Part shown: one piece after another, positions 63,072 through 64,000 of the stretch
Numbering within the stretch: the first letter of the stretch is position 1
Layout: the number at the start of each line of letters is the position of its first letter
Assembly (NCBI GenBank): GCA_964016885.1
Contig: OZ024753.1
Span: forward strand, 10,168,001-10,232,000
Length of the DNA stretch: 64,000 nt
Direction: 5' to 3'
Source of the DNA: Eledone cirrhosa
Taxonomy: Eukaryota
Made by a program: the position numbers and the translations under genes
The notes under the pieces: model-generated
What the model saw: the letters and a program-made list of their open reading frames with translations, nothing else
Databases searched by the model: none
What the model was told of the DNA's origin: nothing

Positions 63072-64000
63072 TATATATATATATATATACATGTAGGGGA
63101 GTATAAGTCAGACCGACTAAAATAAGTTAATCTAACTCGTAATTATCTCCTTACCACGGTTTCTAGAACAAAGAAACAATACTGGCTGAGTGATATTTTA
63201 TCTCTATACTTTATCCATTCATTGAAAGTTGTCTAAGTATAAGACACAGATAATTTTTTTAAAATAATATATATATATATAAAATAATATTTAAAATAAT
63301 ATATATATATATAAAATATATATATAAAAGAATCATTGTTTCCGAATAAGATAGTATGATCGAACCTATATATTATGTCTGATAGTATACAGTTCTCTAA
63401 CTGCTATAGATCAGTCCATATATCAATATGCTCAACCCTCCGAAACGATCGTAAAACAAGGAAAGGAATATGTAAAATAACTTGCCTTCGTTATTATTAT
63501 TATTTAACTAATATCTTATATATATATATATACTTGTGTATAATGGTAGCTATGGTGCTTCCATAGGCGGTATGCCAAAATTAGCACTCAATATTCCTAC
63601 AGAGTAGAGTGTGGATAGTATAAAAAAAAACGAAAAATCAGTGATGCATCTGAACCCAGTATATTGCGTGCTACAATTATTTCGCCGGCACAGGTAGTTC
63701 GAGACATGATCACTGCAATATACTCGGTTCAGATGCATCACTGATTTTTTTTTATTTTTATACTATATATATATATAAAGTGAGATAGAGAATCAACCTG
63801 ACGATTGAACTGGTATTGACTTCGAAAGGTTGAAAGGCTCGTTGTGGTCTTGAACAAGATTTGAACCCAGAACTCAGAAATATTTTACTCGACATTCTAA
63901 CGCCTCTACCAATCCACTCCCCGCATTTAATTCAGGCACGAAGCCAGCATATTTCCTTCCCTCAATACTTTACTGGTATTTTATTTTATCTTCTTTCCCA

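Noticed and set aside
62064-64000. Start codon or signal-peptide exon of the esterase
   Set aside because: No FLGIPYA/PPxGxLRF-type exon was found; the 5' exons probably lie outside the window.

Overview
Animal genomic DNA, very AT-rich and full of microsatellites. The SINE, RTE and Dong/R4 content suggests an octopod cephalopod (inference). One protein-coding gene spans most of the window on the minus strand. Ten exons (62063 down to 12187) splice with GT-AG junctions and consistent phases into 558 aa of a type-B carboxylesterase/cholinesterase-family protein. It has neuroligin-like single-pass membrane topology but keeps an intact Ser-Glu-His triad; its N-terminal exon(s) probably lie beyond 64000. 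The introns hold SINEs, LINE fragments, non-autonomous Helitrons, MITEs and minisatellites. Nearly all long ORFs in the track are repeat artefacts. The main hidden signal is about 20 type-I hammerhead ribozyme motifs from many unrelated short element families. These sit in or beside (TA)n tracts and often form snap-back palindromes centred on or near the ribozyme. Many share a small TYGAGTRC motif 30-80 nt from their 3' ends. They look like Penelope-like pLTR or retrozyme-type retro-insertions, and many are in the sense orientation of the host pre-mRNA. Everything was read by eye; no alignments or database searches were run.
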